Shown here: positions 52,714 to 64,000 of the stretch, one piece after another
How the letters are laid out: each line of letters starts with the position of its first letter
How positions within the stretch are numbered: the stretch's first letter is position 1
From: Felis catus
Lineage: Eukaryota
Direction: 5' to 3'
NCBI RefSeq assembly: GCF_018350175.1
Contig: NC_058368.1
Coordinates: 42,100,001 to 42,164,000, forward strand
Length of the DNA: 64,000 bases
Translations under genes and position numbers: made by a program
The notes under the pieces: generated by a model
Database searches by the model: none
Told to the model about the DNA's origin: nothing
What the model saw: only the letters and a program-made list of their open reading frames with translations

Positions 52714-53571
52714 TGTCACCAGCTAGACCCCAAGGCCTAAACTTACTGCTCACCTGCTTGTACCCACTGACCTTTGTCCCATATTTTTCCTTAAGCTCTT
52801 TCCAGCTTATCTACTAATTCAGGCAAAAGACTGGAGGGGCAAAGCATCCCATGATGGAAACTGAAACGACCCCTCAAGCAAAGACAACTGCCCAGACAAA
52901 GAGTTCCAGCCAGCCCAGACCACGCAGACCAGTTTGAGCTTAACCTCTGACTCACATTGGCACAAATGGACTATGGAGTGACTCACAGTGACCGACAGTT
53001 ACCTTTATCTCATTGTAATACTAAAATATTTGCTCAAGGGGGAGCACAACACACAATGTATGCGTAGTTTTTTACATAATATACAATGCATGCATATTAA
53101 AGTGCATGTGTGACCTTATGCCTGCCTCTACATGTGATGGCAAGGCTCCTTTATCTAAACATTCATCCCAACCCAAAAAACAAATGAACCAACAAACAAA
53201 AAAACATTCACTCTTGTTCAAGGAGTCATGACTTTCAAAGTTATTTCTGTGATCTTATTTGAGGCAAATAAAGTTTACTTTGTGTAACAACTCCATCTAG
53301 TATAGTTCCTTTCTGTCTTTTTTTTAATGTTTATTTATTTTTGACAGAGAGACAGAATGGGGTTGGGGCAGAGTGAGAGGGAGACACAGAATCTGAAGCA
53401 GACTCCAGGCTCTGAGCTATCAGCACAGAGCCCAATGCAGGGCTCGAACTCACAAACTGGTGAGATCATGATCTGAAGTGAAATTGGATGCCTGAGCCAC
53501 CCAGGCACCCCATCTGGTATAGTTTCTAGCTAGGACTCAACAAGGAATGAACTCACATTAGTTTGGTCATA
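52714..53571 (+). mobile_element. Solo carnivore ERV LTR related to the 37695 LTR, interrupted by a SINE
   Basis: TG start, two blocks shared with the 37695-38152 LTR, AATAAA at ~53267, end gtttggtcata. Confidence 0.75.
53316..53510 (-). mobile_element. Can-SINE nested in the LTR
   Basis: TSD ccatctagtatagtt / ccatctggtatagtt. Confidence 0.95.
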
Positions 53572-53639
53572 GTATGCCCAAAAGTGTTAGATCAACTCAG
53601 TCAAGAGGACTATCTCTTTCAAGAAGACTAATTTATAAC

Positions 53640-53949
53640 TGTGCTGGATATTTTGCCTTCTTTACCTGTTTTGAGCTCAGAAAGCTGACCCCTATAGACA
53701 GTCTCAAAAGAACCTCCTACCCTTTGTCTTCTTATTGGGTTCAGGCAAGATGACATCAGTAGGGGATCTGATGGTGGACAGAGAAACAAGTCTGGGTAAT
53801 TATTCCCTGGGATCCCTTATGAAAGGGCTGTTCTTATAGTCAGTCACTGTGTCCCTCCAAGAAAAGTCAGTTTCTGCCAAAGAGCTTCTGCTGTAATAAT
53901 AGCCTTCTCCCTCGTCCTGGAATATTCTCTCCTTTTTGGCCCTTCAGGC
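53640..53949 (+). mobile_element. LTR33-like ERVL LTR, 5' part
   Basis: tgtgctggat start, agctgacccctatagac, ttgggttc, ctgggtaattattccctgg, tggcccttcaggc. Confidence 0.7.
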
Positions 53950-54014
53950 AAAAAGGAAAAAAAAAAGGAAAAAAAAGAAACAAAACAAAACATGTAGCCC
54001 CCTTAAGTCTGTTT

Positions 54015-54260
54015 CAAACAGTGAGGTCAAAGGAACTTTTCAAAAATATAAATACGGTCATTGATAAATCCTAAATTGTTAACCTAAGTTCTAAAACACA
54101 GTAGGTCCCGGCTGCTCCCTAACAGCCCAGTTTCACCTGAATTACCTCCTACTTATTCTTCAGGACTCAACCTAAATGTCACATTCTATCCAGGTTCATA
54201 TCCCTATTGTGTCCAGTACTTCCTCACAGCAATCATCTAAAAGTGAATAATTTGTTTAAT
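54015..54260 (+). mobile_element. L2 fragment
   Basis: aactttcaaaaatataaat...cctacttattcttcaggactcaacctaaatgtcac. Confidence 0.5.
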
Positions 54261-54371
54261 TAGCTTTTGACTTGCAGGAGAATATGGACCATTTTCTTTC
54301 TTCCCTCCTCCCACCTCTCTCTCTTCTTCTCTCCCTTTCCCCACTTCTTTCCTTCACTCATGTCTTTAGTC

Positions 54372-54535
54372 TTCATCATTCAGTCTTTCTTTCAGTTTGT
54401 TCTTTTCATAAATATTTAGCAAGTGCTCACCATGGTTCCTGCTGTCCTGGATATTACATTTTGACAGGGAAGGCAGATCTTAAAACATTAATTGAAATAC
54501 TAATCATTTAATTATAATCATGACAAAAACTAGAA
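54372..54535 (-). mobile_element. L2 3' end
   Basis: ttcataaatatttagcaagtgctcaccatg...ctggatattacattttgacagggaaggcaga. Confidence 0.5.
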
Positions 54536-54624
54536 GGACAACATTCAAGGTCGTATACCATGTTTACTGCATTAACATCAGAACCAACAGAAACTGGCAG
54601 ATAACAGACCTGCCATAAGGCAAG

Positions 54625-54870
54625 GACACAGTATAGAGTTTTGATAAAGAACATTGGTGGGCTGTCAGTTTTAATTGGATTCAAATTTTGGACTCTGGCT
54701 TTCCTTACCTGTGGACAGTAGGCAAATTGATTTATCTCCCTAATTCTCAGTTTCCTAATTATAAAAAGGATTTATAAAATCATCCCTATGGAATTAGTGT
54801 AAACATCAAATGAAAAAAAGTTACATAAATCATTGAGAAGAGAATCTGATAGACATGTAGAGGTAGCATT
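54625..54870 (+). mobile_element. MIR
   Basis: tggattcaaattttggactctg...cttacctgtggacagtaggcaaattgatttatctc...ctcagtttcctaattataaaa. Confidence 0.75.
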
Positions 54871-55690
54871 TAGGTAGTAATCCTAGAAAAGCAAAGATAT
54901 TTTGGTCTATGTATACAAATGTGTAAAAAAAAAGGAATCAACATAATCAAAAATAGTCTATATCTTTTCTATTTTTAGAAGGCTATCACAATTTAAATTA
55001 AGCATAATTAAAACTTTACAAAAACACGAAAAAATTGAATTTTAAACACAAAGCATAAGGTAGCCAACATTGTGGCATAAGGAATTTGAAAAAAACTCAC
55101 ATTATATGAGCTTCAGAAATATAGCTTTATGTACAAGAAGCCACCTGGCAAATGCAATAAAACAGCTTTATTAATACAGTATGTTTCATGCATAAATCTG
55201 ATCAGATTTGCTCTAGCAATCATCCTGTGTGCCTCAAGACACCTGCAGTAGGAGAAAAAATCATGTTTCTATACATTCTTAAAACTCCCATCCTTTGTGG
55301 CCTCTGCTGAGTGTTCATTTGCAATCCAAAGTTAAGTCATACCTCTTTATCAGGGGTGGGCCTTGCTTACATGCAAATATTCAATTTTTAGCTGATTCTT
55401 GCCTCTTTTATAAACCTACTTTGGAAGTTTTTTATATTTGACAAACTGTAAGCAAATAAAAGCTATGTTTAATTCTTTTATATTATAGACTCTGTTATTG
55501 AAGCATTTGTTTGAATTGTCCCTGAGAAAATTATGCCAAACAGGAACACTACTGTCTTTTAATTTTCTTTATTCCATACCATGTAAACTTGATATAAATA
55601 AGCTTATAACATTCTGTTCCTCTTGGTTTACATAATATTTATAAATGTCACAGAGTGGGGGTCAGCATAGGTATAAAAGAACATTTTAGT

Positions 55691-56124
55691 ATACTATATC
55701 TTTTTTATCCATTCAGCAGTACTACTCAGAGATGACAAAGAATAAAATCTTGCCATTTGCAACAACATGGATGGAACTGGAGGGTATTATGCTAAGTGAA
55801 ATAAGTCAGTCAGAGAAAGATATCATATGATTTCACTCATATGTGGAATTTGAGAAACTCAATAGATGAACATAGGGGAAGGGGAGGAAAAATAAGATAA
55901 AAACAGGCAGGGAGGCAAACCAGAAGAGACTCTTAATTACAGAGAACAGAGGGTTGCAGAGGTGGGGGTGGAGGGATGGGTTAAATGGTAATGGGCATTA
56001 AGGAGGACACTTTTCAGGATGAGCACTGGGTGTCATATGTAAGAGATGAATGAATCACTGAGTTCTACTCCTGAAGCCAAGATTATACTCTATGTTAACT
56101 AACTTGAAAATAAGTTAATTTAAA
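55691..56124 (+). mobile_element. 5'-truncated carnivore L1 3' end with short 5' inversion
   Basis: ORF2 end and 3'UTR at 55716-56124; inverted L1 piece at 55691-55715; TSD aaaagaacatttta(g/a)ta at 55675-55691 and 56125-56141. Confidence 0.93.
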
Positions 56125-56647
56125 AAAAGAACATTTTAATAAGAATAACAAAAAACAAAACATGAAAACTTTGAAGTTTACCTTATAAGTTGAAAACACA
56201 ATTTTTTGATTGTTCATTCTCAAATATCAAATTATATAATGATTTACACATTACAATGCATATCAATGTCATAGGACTATCAACATTTATGCCTAGCACG
56301 TTAGCCATTATTATTTCTCTACTGTCTATGCATAGATTCACATTTGGTAGAAAGTAAGCCAGGAATAAAAAAGCTCTCACAAAAATAGTTTTAGTCATTT
56401 AAATTTAGTTGATTACAAAGGATGCCAGCAACTCTCTTAAGTTTAGTTCATTAGACAAGAACGGCATAAATTAAACTAAATGTATAAGTTGTAGAATTTC
56501 ACTTCTTCTGGTAATATGAAGTATCCATTCAACCACATAACTGATTCTAAGTGAGCCATTTAAGACTGTTCCCATGGTATGTCATCCATTTAAGACTGTT
56601 CCCATGACATCAAATACAAAAGAAAGAGAAACTTATATGCGCTTGGT

Positions 56648-56858
56648 CAGTGCTTTCCATCAGAACTTTCTTCAGGGATGGAAATGTTCTATATCTGAGC
56701 TGTATAATATGGTACCTTCAAGCCTCATGTGGGCTATTGATCACTTGAAACGTGCCTACTGTTTACTAAAGGCCTGAATTTTTTATTTTACTGAAGTGTA
56801 ATTAACTTAAATCCAAACAGCCACATATAGCTAGGGGCTACAATATTGGACAGCAAAA
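56648..56858 (+). mobile_element. MER3 (hAT-Charlie MITE), full length
   Basis: cagtgctttcca...agaactttc...gatggaaatgttctatatctg...ggctacaatattggacagc. Confidence 0.9.
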
Positions 56859-58097
56859 GATTATCTGAATAACTGTCCCTATATCTATTTCTACAAGTTT
56901 TAAAAATAACATTGGCATCAAGAAACAAGACAAATATGTCCAAACATATTAATTATAATCTGTTTGAAGTTGCAGAATAGGACTCTTCCTGAGTCTCCTT
57001 ACTTATATTCATAAGGGACTGAAGATCACAAGAGACAGACTTGCTATTATGAGAGGCAATGTCTGACTCACCCCATCTTTACCTAGGGGAATAAAAAGCC
57101 ACCTTGCAAACCTAACGTGCTTGCACTGTCCCTGCGTGAATCACCGTCTGCTTCTGCGATGAGAGGAAGAAGGCAGCTCCCAAACAGATGGTTTATCACT
57201 GTGCCGAAAGACGGGGAAAGTGATGGAGTCATTTTTTTTTTTCCTCCTCATCCATGGCATTTTCACTCTGGGGGCAACTCATCACCAAATTTTAAAAGGT
57301 ATTTAATATATTTCCAAAGCACATAAAATGGACAGATTGAGGATGTCATGCTAAACATAATGCACAATGCTTGTATTTTAGTACTACTTGTTCTATAAAA
57401 GAAGCCTATGTATTTATTGTGCTTCATCACGGTACCAACACTTGGGTATTGTTCACCCCTAGAGTTTTCATATCGATCCCTTGAGGTGATTCACAATACT
57501 CTAAATGACGTATTGTTATTATCGCCCAAGCATTAAAGTGGCCTACATTCAAGCAAAATCAGTACTCTGTGGGTAATAATTCTATTGTGTATAATTACAA
57601 TTACCCATGTCCTTCTAACTTTTAGCCACTGTTCATACACACTCACCTTCAAACAGACAGCTTTGTTTTATCTACTCAAGTTTGGGTACTTGTCTCCCTG
57701 GGAAAATTTTCCATTTTACCACTGACTAGCTTGTTACTTTTCCACAATTGATTGAATTTTGGTATTATTTTCTAAGTATATGACATTGAAATCTTTTATA
57801 ATTATCAGATTCTATATGTATGATAATTACATTACTATTTTTATGCTGATTACTGCTAATGCTTTATAAAACGAAGAGCCTTTTACCTGAGCAGCTTTGA
57901 TTTATGGATTATGAACTAATACAGTGTCTATTTCAAAAATGACATAACATTTGTTTGCCTTTTAAAAAGGATCATTTTAAAGACTAAAAAGTGGAGTAAA
58001 GAGATTTATCAGTGTCTCAGGAAGCAGGGCATATATGTGGTAAAATTAAATCACTTTACCTTTTCAATATGCCTAATGTTGCTTTCAGACTTGGGTA

Positions 58098-58212
58098 CAG
58101 TGTCCACATAATTTATCATGCCAGAATGGGACACTTTTGAGAGTGAAATCAGGCTATGTAAATAATTAAGCTAGCAGCTGTAACTGGGGTAAACTAGGAC
58201 ATAGTGACCCTG
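58098..58212 (+). mobile_element. MER94-like hAT-Blackjack MITE
   Basis: cataatttatc...gggacacttttgagagtgaaa...aataatta...ggacatagtgaccct. Confidence 0.75.
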
Positions 58213-58483
58213 GATTTAAGGATGCTTGGATATTTCACAGGAATTCTCCTTCAAGGGAGATGAATCCTTGGGTACATAGTAAAACCAAGCCTTCTCTGAA
58301 GTCAAGCCTGAGTTCCCTTTTGTTACAAGGCAGTTTATTAGTCTACCGTATTGAAGGCCCCATTAATGTTTCTGTTTTTATGTCGTCTTTTCGCACACTC
58401 ACATTCTTGAAGATCTTGCTGTTTATCTTATTCTCTGAAATATCGTTACCAAATTCCACTTCAAAATTCTTTCCACAAGTATT

Positions 58484-58814
58484 TGCTTATAGGCTGAATG
58501 CTTATGTCTCCCCAAAATTCATGTGTTGAAAACTAAGCCTCAATATGATGCTATTTGGAGGTGGAGACCTCATGAATAGTGTTAGTGCCCTTCTAAAAGA
58601 GACCCCAGAGACCTCCCTTGTTCCTTCTACTGTGTGAGGACACAGCAAAAAGACTACTGTCTGTGGACCAGGACATGGGCTCTCACCAGACACTGAATTG
58701 GCTGGTACCTTGATCTTGGGCTTTGCAGCCTCTAGAACTATGAAAAATAAAAGTTTGGTGTTTATAAGCCACCCAGTCCACAGTAGTTTTGCTACAGCAG
58801 CCCAGATAAAGGCA
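58484..58814 (+). mobile_element. Solo MaLR LTR, MLT1A/MLT1A0-like
   Basis: ctgaatgcttatgtctccccaaaattcatgtgttgaaa, ctctcaccagacactgaa, ttataagccacccagtc; tatt on both flanks. Confidence 0.9.
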
Positions 58815-59099
58815 TATTATTTTCTCTCCAGTACCACTTTCCAGGAACACCTGTGAAAGTATTTACTTTGGCTTCCATGTTTAGACTGTATATTTTACCT
58901 CTTATTTTCAAGTGTGTTTCTTCATATTGCAGATAATTACCTACAAATCATGCCCCCAAGATGGCAGGAATGGTGCCTTTCCCTTTTTTGCCTTGCCATG
59001 ATGCCTGTCACAGTGTACTTCCACACAGTGTTTACTGAGTTGATTAAACAGATTACTGAAGAGGTAATTACACAGGAATTATACTACAGTTATATTACT

Positions 59100-59290
59100 A
59101 GCCCCAGTTGTTGTCTATGTACCCACCACTGTGATAAATACTCTAAAATATTGTTTCACATAATTCTAAACTGCACATACCTAACACGGCAATGATGAAG
59201 CTGAGTGAGATTCAAAAACTTAAATATTATGTCTTGAGTCATGTAACTACTAATTGACCAAGCTGGGATTGAAACTCAGGCCTGTCAGTA
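59100..59290 (-). mobile_element. MIR
   Basis: ttgtctatgtacc...gaagctgag...agctgggattgaaactcaggcctgtc. Confidence 0.55.
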
Positions 59291-59899
59291 TTTTGTGGGG
59301 GGTTTTAATGCAATAACACAACCAGCGACACTCTATGGATCACTGCCTACTCTCTTCTGTTAATATTAACCTTAAGTGGTAAACTTCACCTTGTTTATCT
59401 TATTTACAACATAGGTTAAGTACATCACCTTCAAATTCTTTGACATTTCTACATATTGTAGTGCTCCGGATTTGAGCTTTAAGAACATCATTTTTTTTCA
59501 CAAATTAAGCTATCATTTTGTATTTATCTTTGGTTCACTTCCAGTTTATCCTATCAATATTTCATAGCTTAAAATATATTTCACAATTATAAAGTATTAA
59601 TTTGTCAGAGATCTCCCTATGCAGTCACCTTGATTTTGGGTTTATTTATAATTTTACAGTATTATTATGTCATTTTTACATTTCCCTTCTCCTTGAGCAG
59701 TATTTCAATTTAGAAAGGTTGTGTGTAAAAGCAAATATCTCCTTTGTTTTAAATTTTATTTTTTAAATTTTATTTCCTAAGGATACGGTTTATATTTCAG
59801 TAGGAACAGCATCTGTGTCTTTCTACTTTAAACATGACCACGTGAGGCCATGCTGAGTATGGAAGAGAGTACACTTTGGTTGCCAACCCCCAGGCTCAG

Positions 59900-60386
59900 A
59901 TCCTGACTGCATGCCTTCTGCTGTTCCCCAAGCACACCAGGTGCTCTCCTGACTTAGGAGCTGGGTATGTCTCCTCTGACTAGAAACATGGCTCCCTATG
60001 GCCAGCTTGCTCCCTTTCTTGGGATCCTCACTGAAGAGATATTTTTTCAATGATATTAAGACCATTCTATTTAAAACTGTGTATACATATAAAAATGTGT
60101 GTGTGTGTATATGTATACACACACACACACACACACACACATAGAAGATATATACATATATCTTATATATATAGATAGATATATAGATAGATATAGATAT
60201 AGATATAGATATAGATATAGATATAGATATATACATATAGATATCTTAGGTCTCCTTACAATAGAATGTAAGTCCTAGAAAAACAAATGACTTTTGGTTT
60301 AGCTCAGTGCTTCATTCCCAGTACCTAAAACAGTACCTACAATACAGTAGGTACTCAATAAATATTTTTTGACTAAGTGAGTAAAT
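59900..60386 (+). mobile_element. L2a-like 3' end with embedded microsatellites
   Basis: gccttctgctgttccccaagcacaccagg...tagaatgtaag...cccagtacctaaaacagtacc...gtaggtactcaataaatattt. Confidence 0.85.
60095..60245. repeat. (TG)n/(CA)n/(TAGATA)n compound microsatellite
   Basis: Direct read. Confidence 0.95.
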
Positions 60387-61968
60387 TAAAACTCTATTTT
60401 ACTTTTTACCATAACACATGCACTTGAAAAGGCCAATAAAAAAATTAAGTGAGGTAATGGCAGGAAGCCGTAATTGAGGAATTTCAGGCCATGTTATTAT
60501 GATATTATACAATAGCAATACAATATTAATAAGATACTATAATTTGTAATTATAATTTCCCCACAAATTACTTTATGATGTGGCCAATATTAAGTAGCAT
60601 AAAACTGGGTGGAATTTGCTATAGATATGTTTTTGATGACAAAGAATAATGCAAGAGATCTTTTTATTTTTAATAGGGTTGAATATCACACTTACTTTAA
60701 GTATTATTTGATTTTCTTTATATGTAGATTATTAAAATTATCTAACAATCAAACAGAAAAATGATTTTTGGTTCAGTTACCTCTGTATATGTCAGTCACT
60801 GCACATTCTGCCCTTAACAGCAACAACTGCACTAGGTTTCACCTCTTTCAGGGCAAAGTCAAAACATGGATTTAATCCAACTTTTAATCAGCTGTACAGA
60901 TGGGTTTATTTCATGAATACACTACACTGCACAGATGGAAGTTCCTGAAGGCCTGACAAGGTGTTAAAACTGTTACTGATATTACAAAGGAATTAAAAAT
61001 CAGCATAGGAAATTATAATTAGTAGGGGCTTGATCTCTGAAGATCGTGTTAGTTCAGCACTTATATTTTGTCCTTGGCAGGAAAAGAAAACATATTTGAG
61101 AAGAAAAATGTAAAAGTAAACATTAGGCTTACATATTCTCTGGTTTCATAGGAAATAGTTTTTTGGCCAAGTAAGGACTTAGTAACTTCAGTAACATGCC
61201 AAGCTGGTAGAACATATGAATTCATGTATTTTAAAAAATGTTTCAGGGTATGGATTTTTAAAATTATATCTTATCTGAAATATAATTATAAAAGCAATAC
61301 TTCAATCATGCAATTAGTACATAACTTACTTTAGTGATATATTAAACTGTTTCAATAAAATAAGTCATATAATAATGAGTTTTAGGATAAAATGGCTGTA
61401 CCTAGGGTTCAAGCAATGAACGGTATCCACATACAACATGATAATTTGCCCCCAAACACCTGTAGTTCCTTATTATCAGCTTATTTTCTTCATGGAAAAG
61501 ACCTAGTAAATAGATGCGATATTTTCATTCTTCTGTTCAAGTAAATCTCAATATATTAAACTCACTGTATTCAGAATTTGGCATTTTAATTTTTTGCCAT
61601 TTTCTAAGCATTAATATCTTGCATTGCACTGCATCTCACAGTCTCATCACTACATCTCACATTCTTAACCTTACATCTTGCTTTGGGTGTTCCTCCTCTC
61701 TCTTGCTCCTATTCACCCCCTCAACACACTGCAAATGTTTCTATGAGAATATGTCCCTTCTATTTATGAAATGGAAATTCCTATCTCCTACTAATTAGAA
61801 ACTAGAAAGAACTGCATCTCTGTGAACACACAATATAAATTATTTCATAGTCTAATGAAAGAATTAAAAAAGCAAGAAGAGTTTAGAAGAGATGGCTGTC
61901 AGCTAGCTGACTTATTTATTTTAAAGGGGACCAGAGGCTAATGATATCAGTCATGATAATCTCTAGAA

Positions 61969-62298
61969 CCAGGCTGCCCAATATGGTAGCCAATCACCAC
62001 ATGAAATGTGATTAGTTCCACCTGAGATGTGCTTGAAATGTAAAGTATACATTATATTTCAAAAGAAATATAAAATATTGCATTAATATTTTCACACTGA
62101 TTTCATGTTGAAGTGATAATGTTTTAGATATATGGGATTAAATGAATCATATCATTAATATTAATTATTTAGTTAATGGATTAAAATTAATTTCCCCCCA
62201 ATTCTTTTTACGTGTGCCAATACAGCTACTAGAAAATTTTAAATTACAAATGTGGCTTGCATTTGTGGCTTACATTGTATTTCTATTAGACAGCAGTT
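61969..62298 (+). mobile_element. MER33 (hAT-Charlie MITE) with intact 8-bp TSD
   Basis: Termini ccaggctgcccaatatggtagcc / ttctattagacagcagtt; perfect TSD ctctagaa at 61961-61968 and 62299-62306 (Charlie NTCTAGAN preference). Confidence 0.9.
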
Positions 62299-63694
62299 CT
62301 CTAGAATTCATTTAGAGAGACTATCTTAAATAGGGGAGTATGTCCTGTAAGAGGTAATTACACATAACTTTAGTCAGATAAATAAGCTTTCTTTTCTGTC
62401 AAATCATAATGGATATTATTAATATTTCTAAATTAATGACCCACTATACAGTATGGCTCATTTAACATAAATTAATCTAAACAATTCCACATTTATGTGT
62501 TTTAGCTTTGTTCTTCCCATTGTAAGAACAGAAACTTTTTCTAAAGCAGCAGGGCTGGTCTAGACTAGAATCAAAGCAACTCCAAAGGCCATTTCAACTC
62601 TCTGAAAGACACATACATGGTCTTTATTGCCCCATAGGTTTCTACTTGTCTCTGTATGCAGACTCTGGAATTCTCTCTAGCCCATGTTTTCTTGACTTCC
62701 TGTCCTGCTTTATTCCTTGCCCCCCTCAGATTTGGCCCTTACACGATTCCCAAGGGCTGTCCTCCAGCCTCTCTCTAATTGTGATTTTTTTTTTTTTGCT
62801 TTTGATCCCTGTGTTCTCAGTCGATCCCGCTTTATTTTAAAATTCACACTCCCTGCAAAGGGAATCTGGTTCTCCTTGTTTATCTTCTCATTCCCTGCTG
62901 TAGCTCAAAGGTGACTGGCTAACCTCTGGATGCTATAACAATCAGGGACAAGGTTGTTTGGCAAAAAAAATCAAAGAGACACTCAGATCATACCTTTGCC
63001 CAGGGTATGAGCAGGGCAGTTTCTTTCAAAAGTGCCATTCTAAGCCAAATATATCATGAGTGATGTCATACACAGTGAAAGAAATGAAATAAACCTAATT
63101 GAAACTAATGAACAATGCCCAGTACAAAAATAGAAACTCCTATGTTTATCAAAAACATGCATAGTTTTTTAATAATCACTATTTTAATTCATTTTAGTGG
63201 ATTTAAAAATATATAGAAAACAAATATGAAAAAAATCCCACACACATTACTGAATGAAGAAACAAAATGAAGGAGATAATCATACTGCTGTATTTCTTAG
63301 TAATGTATAATATATTCATTAGACATTCCATATTCTTTCCCCTAAAAATTATCACTCCTTTCATCCCTATACATTTTCTGACTTACTTTAGGTACAACAC
63401 AGCAGAACTGAAATATCTTGAGCATTATAAAACTGCATTCAAGATGGCATAGTTATTCTTTTTAAATTCATTTTTAATGATTGCTCTATCATTGAATATG
63501 ATTTAATTTTATCTAAGGGCTGACATATAACAGAATAAATCTCCAATTTCAAGATGGTAAAATGGGATTATATAATTGAGAAGAATTATATAATTGAGAA
63601 GAATTTCATAAACAGTTTAAACAGAAATTTCATTAAGGAAAGGACAGTGGTATCACAAGCATGAATAGTAGAAATTTAATTATGCAGAAAAAGC

Positions 63695-64000
63695 TGTTGA
63701 TTGTGTCCCCCAACAACTATTCTTCTCTTCCACCTTAGTAATAGTACTGTAATATTTAGCTTTTTAGCTAGCACATGCCACCACACATTAAAAAAAAAAA
63801 AAAAAAAAAAAAGATCTGCCAGTGCCCCTTGCATCTAGGTACTACCAGATGGCCTCAGTTTGAGCCAATGAGATATCAGCAGAAATGTGTGAGACATGTG
63901 GGAAGTCTTCTGTAAAAGAGATTCACCCATTGTCCTTCCTTTCTGCTTCCAGTTACCTGGAATGAAGGAATCCAGTCTAGAGTTCAAATAACCTTCTAGG
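63695..64000 (+). mobile_element. Ancient MaLR LTR (MLT1I/J-like), running off the window
   Basis: ttcttctcttccaccttagtaatag, ccagtgccccttgcatctagg, ccaatgagatatcagcagaa, cctggaatg; A run at 63790-63812. Confidence 0.65.

Noticed and set aside
55194..55209. 16-bp palindrome aaatctgatcagattt (and a 14-bp one near 43520)
   Set aside because: About one or more are expected by chance in 64 kb of AT-rich DNA.
59823..60236. 137-aa ORF
   Set aside because: Microsatellite plus antisense L2 translation.
63381..63425. 21-nt minus-strand microexon
   Set aside because: Poor polypyrimidine tract with a competing AG nearby.

Overview
AT-rich, CpG-poor mammalian genomic DNA. About 19 tRNA-derived Can-SINEs of the feline type (e.g. 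19372-19582) and carnivore-type L1s indicate a felid genome. No intact protein-coding gene or RNA gene is recognisable; the ORF track is almost entirely repeat-derived or chance. The window holds one near-full-length but inactivated L1 (~26.9-33.3 kb), a 5'-inverted truncated L1 (55.7-56.1 kb), older L1/L2/CR1/MIR fragments, about ten solo LTRs, hAT MITEs (MER3, MER33, MER45A, MER94) and many microsatellites. Repeat family names come from recalled consensus sequences and need RepeatMasker/Dfam confirmation; ancient-repeat boundaries are approximate. Main observations: every L1 and LTR I could orient is on the + strand (suggesting a large intron of a minus-strand transcript); several TALE/HOX-motif enhancer candidates; templated-insertion-like repair scars; two related LTRs with permuted modules; and two SINEs at one target site. 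I found no convincing evidence of a novel biological system.
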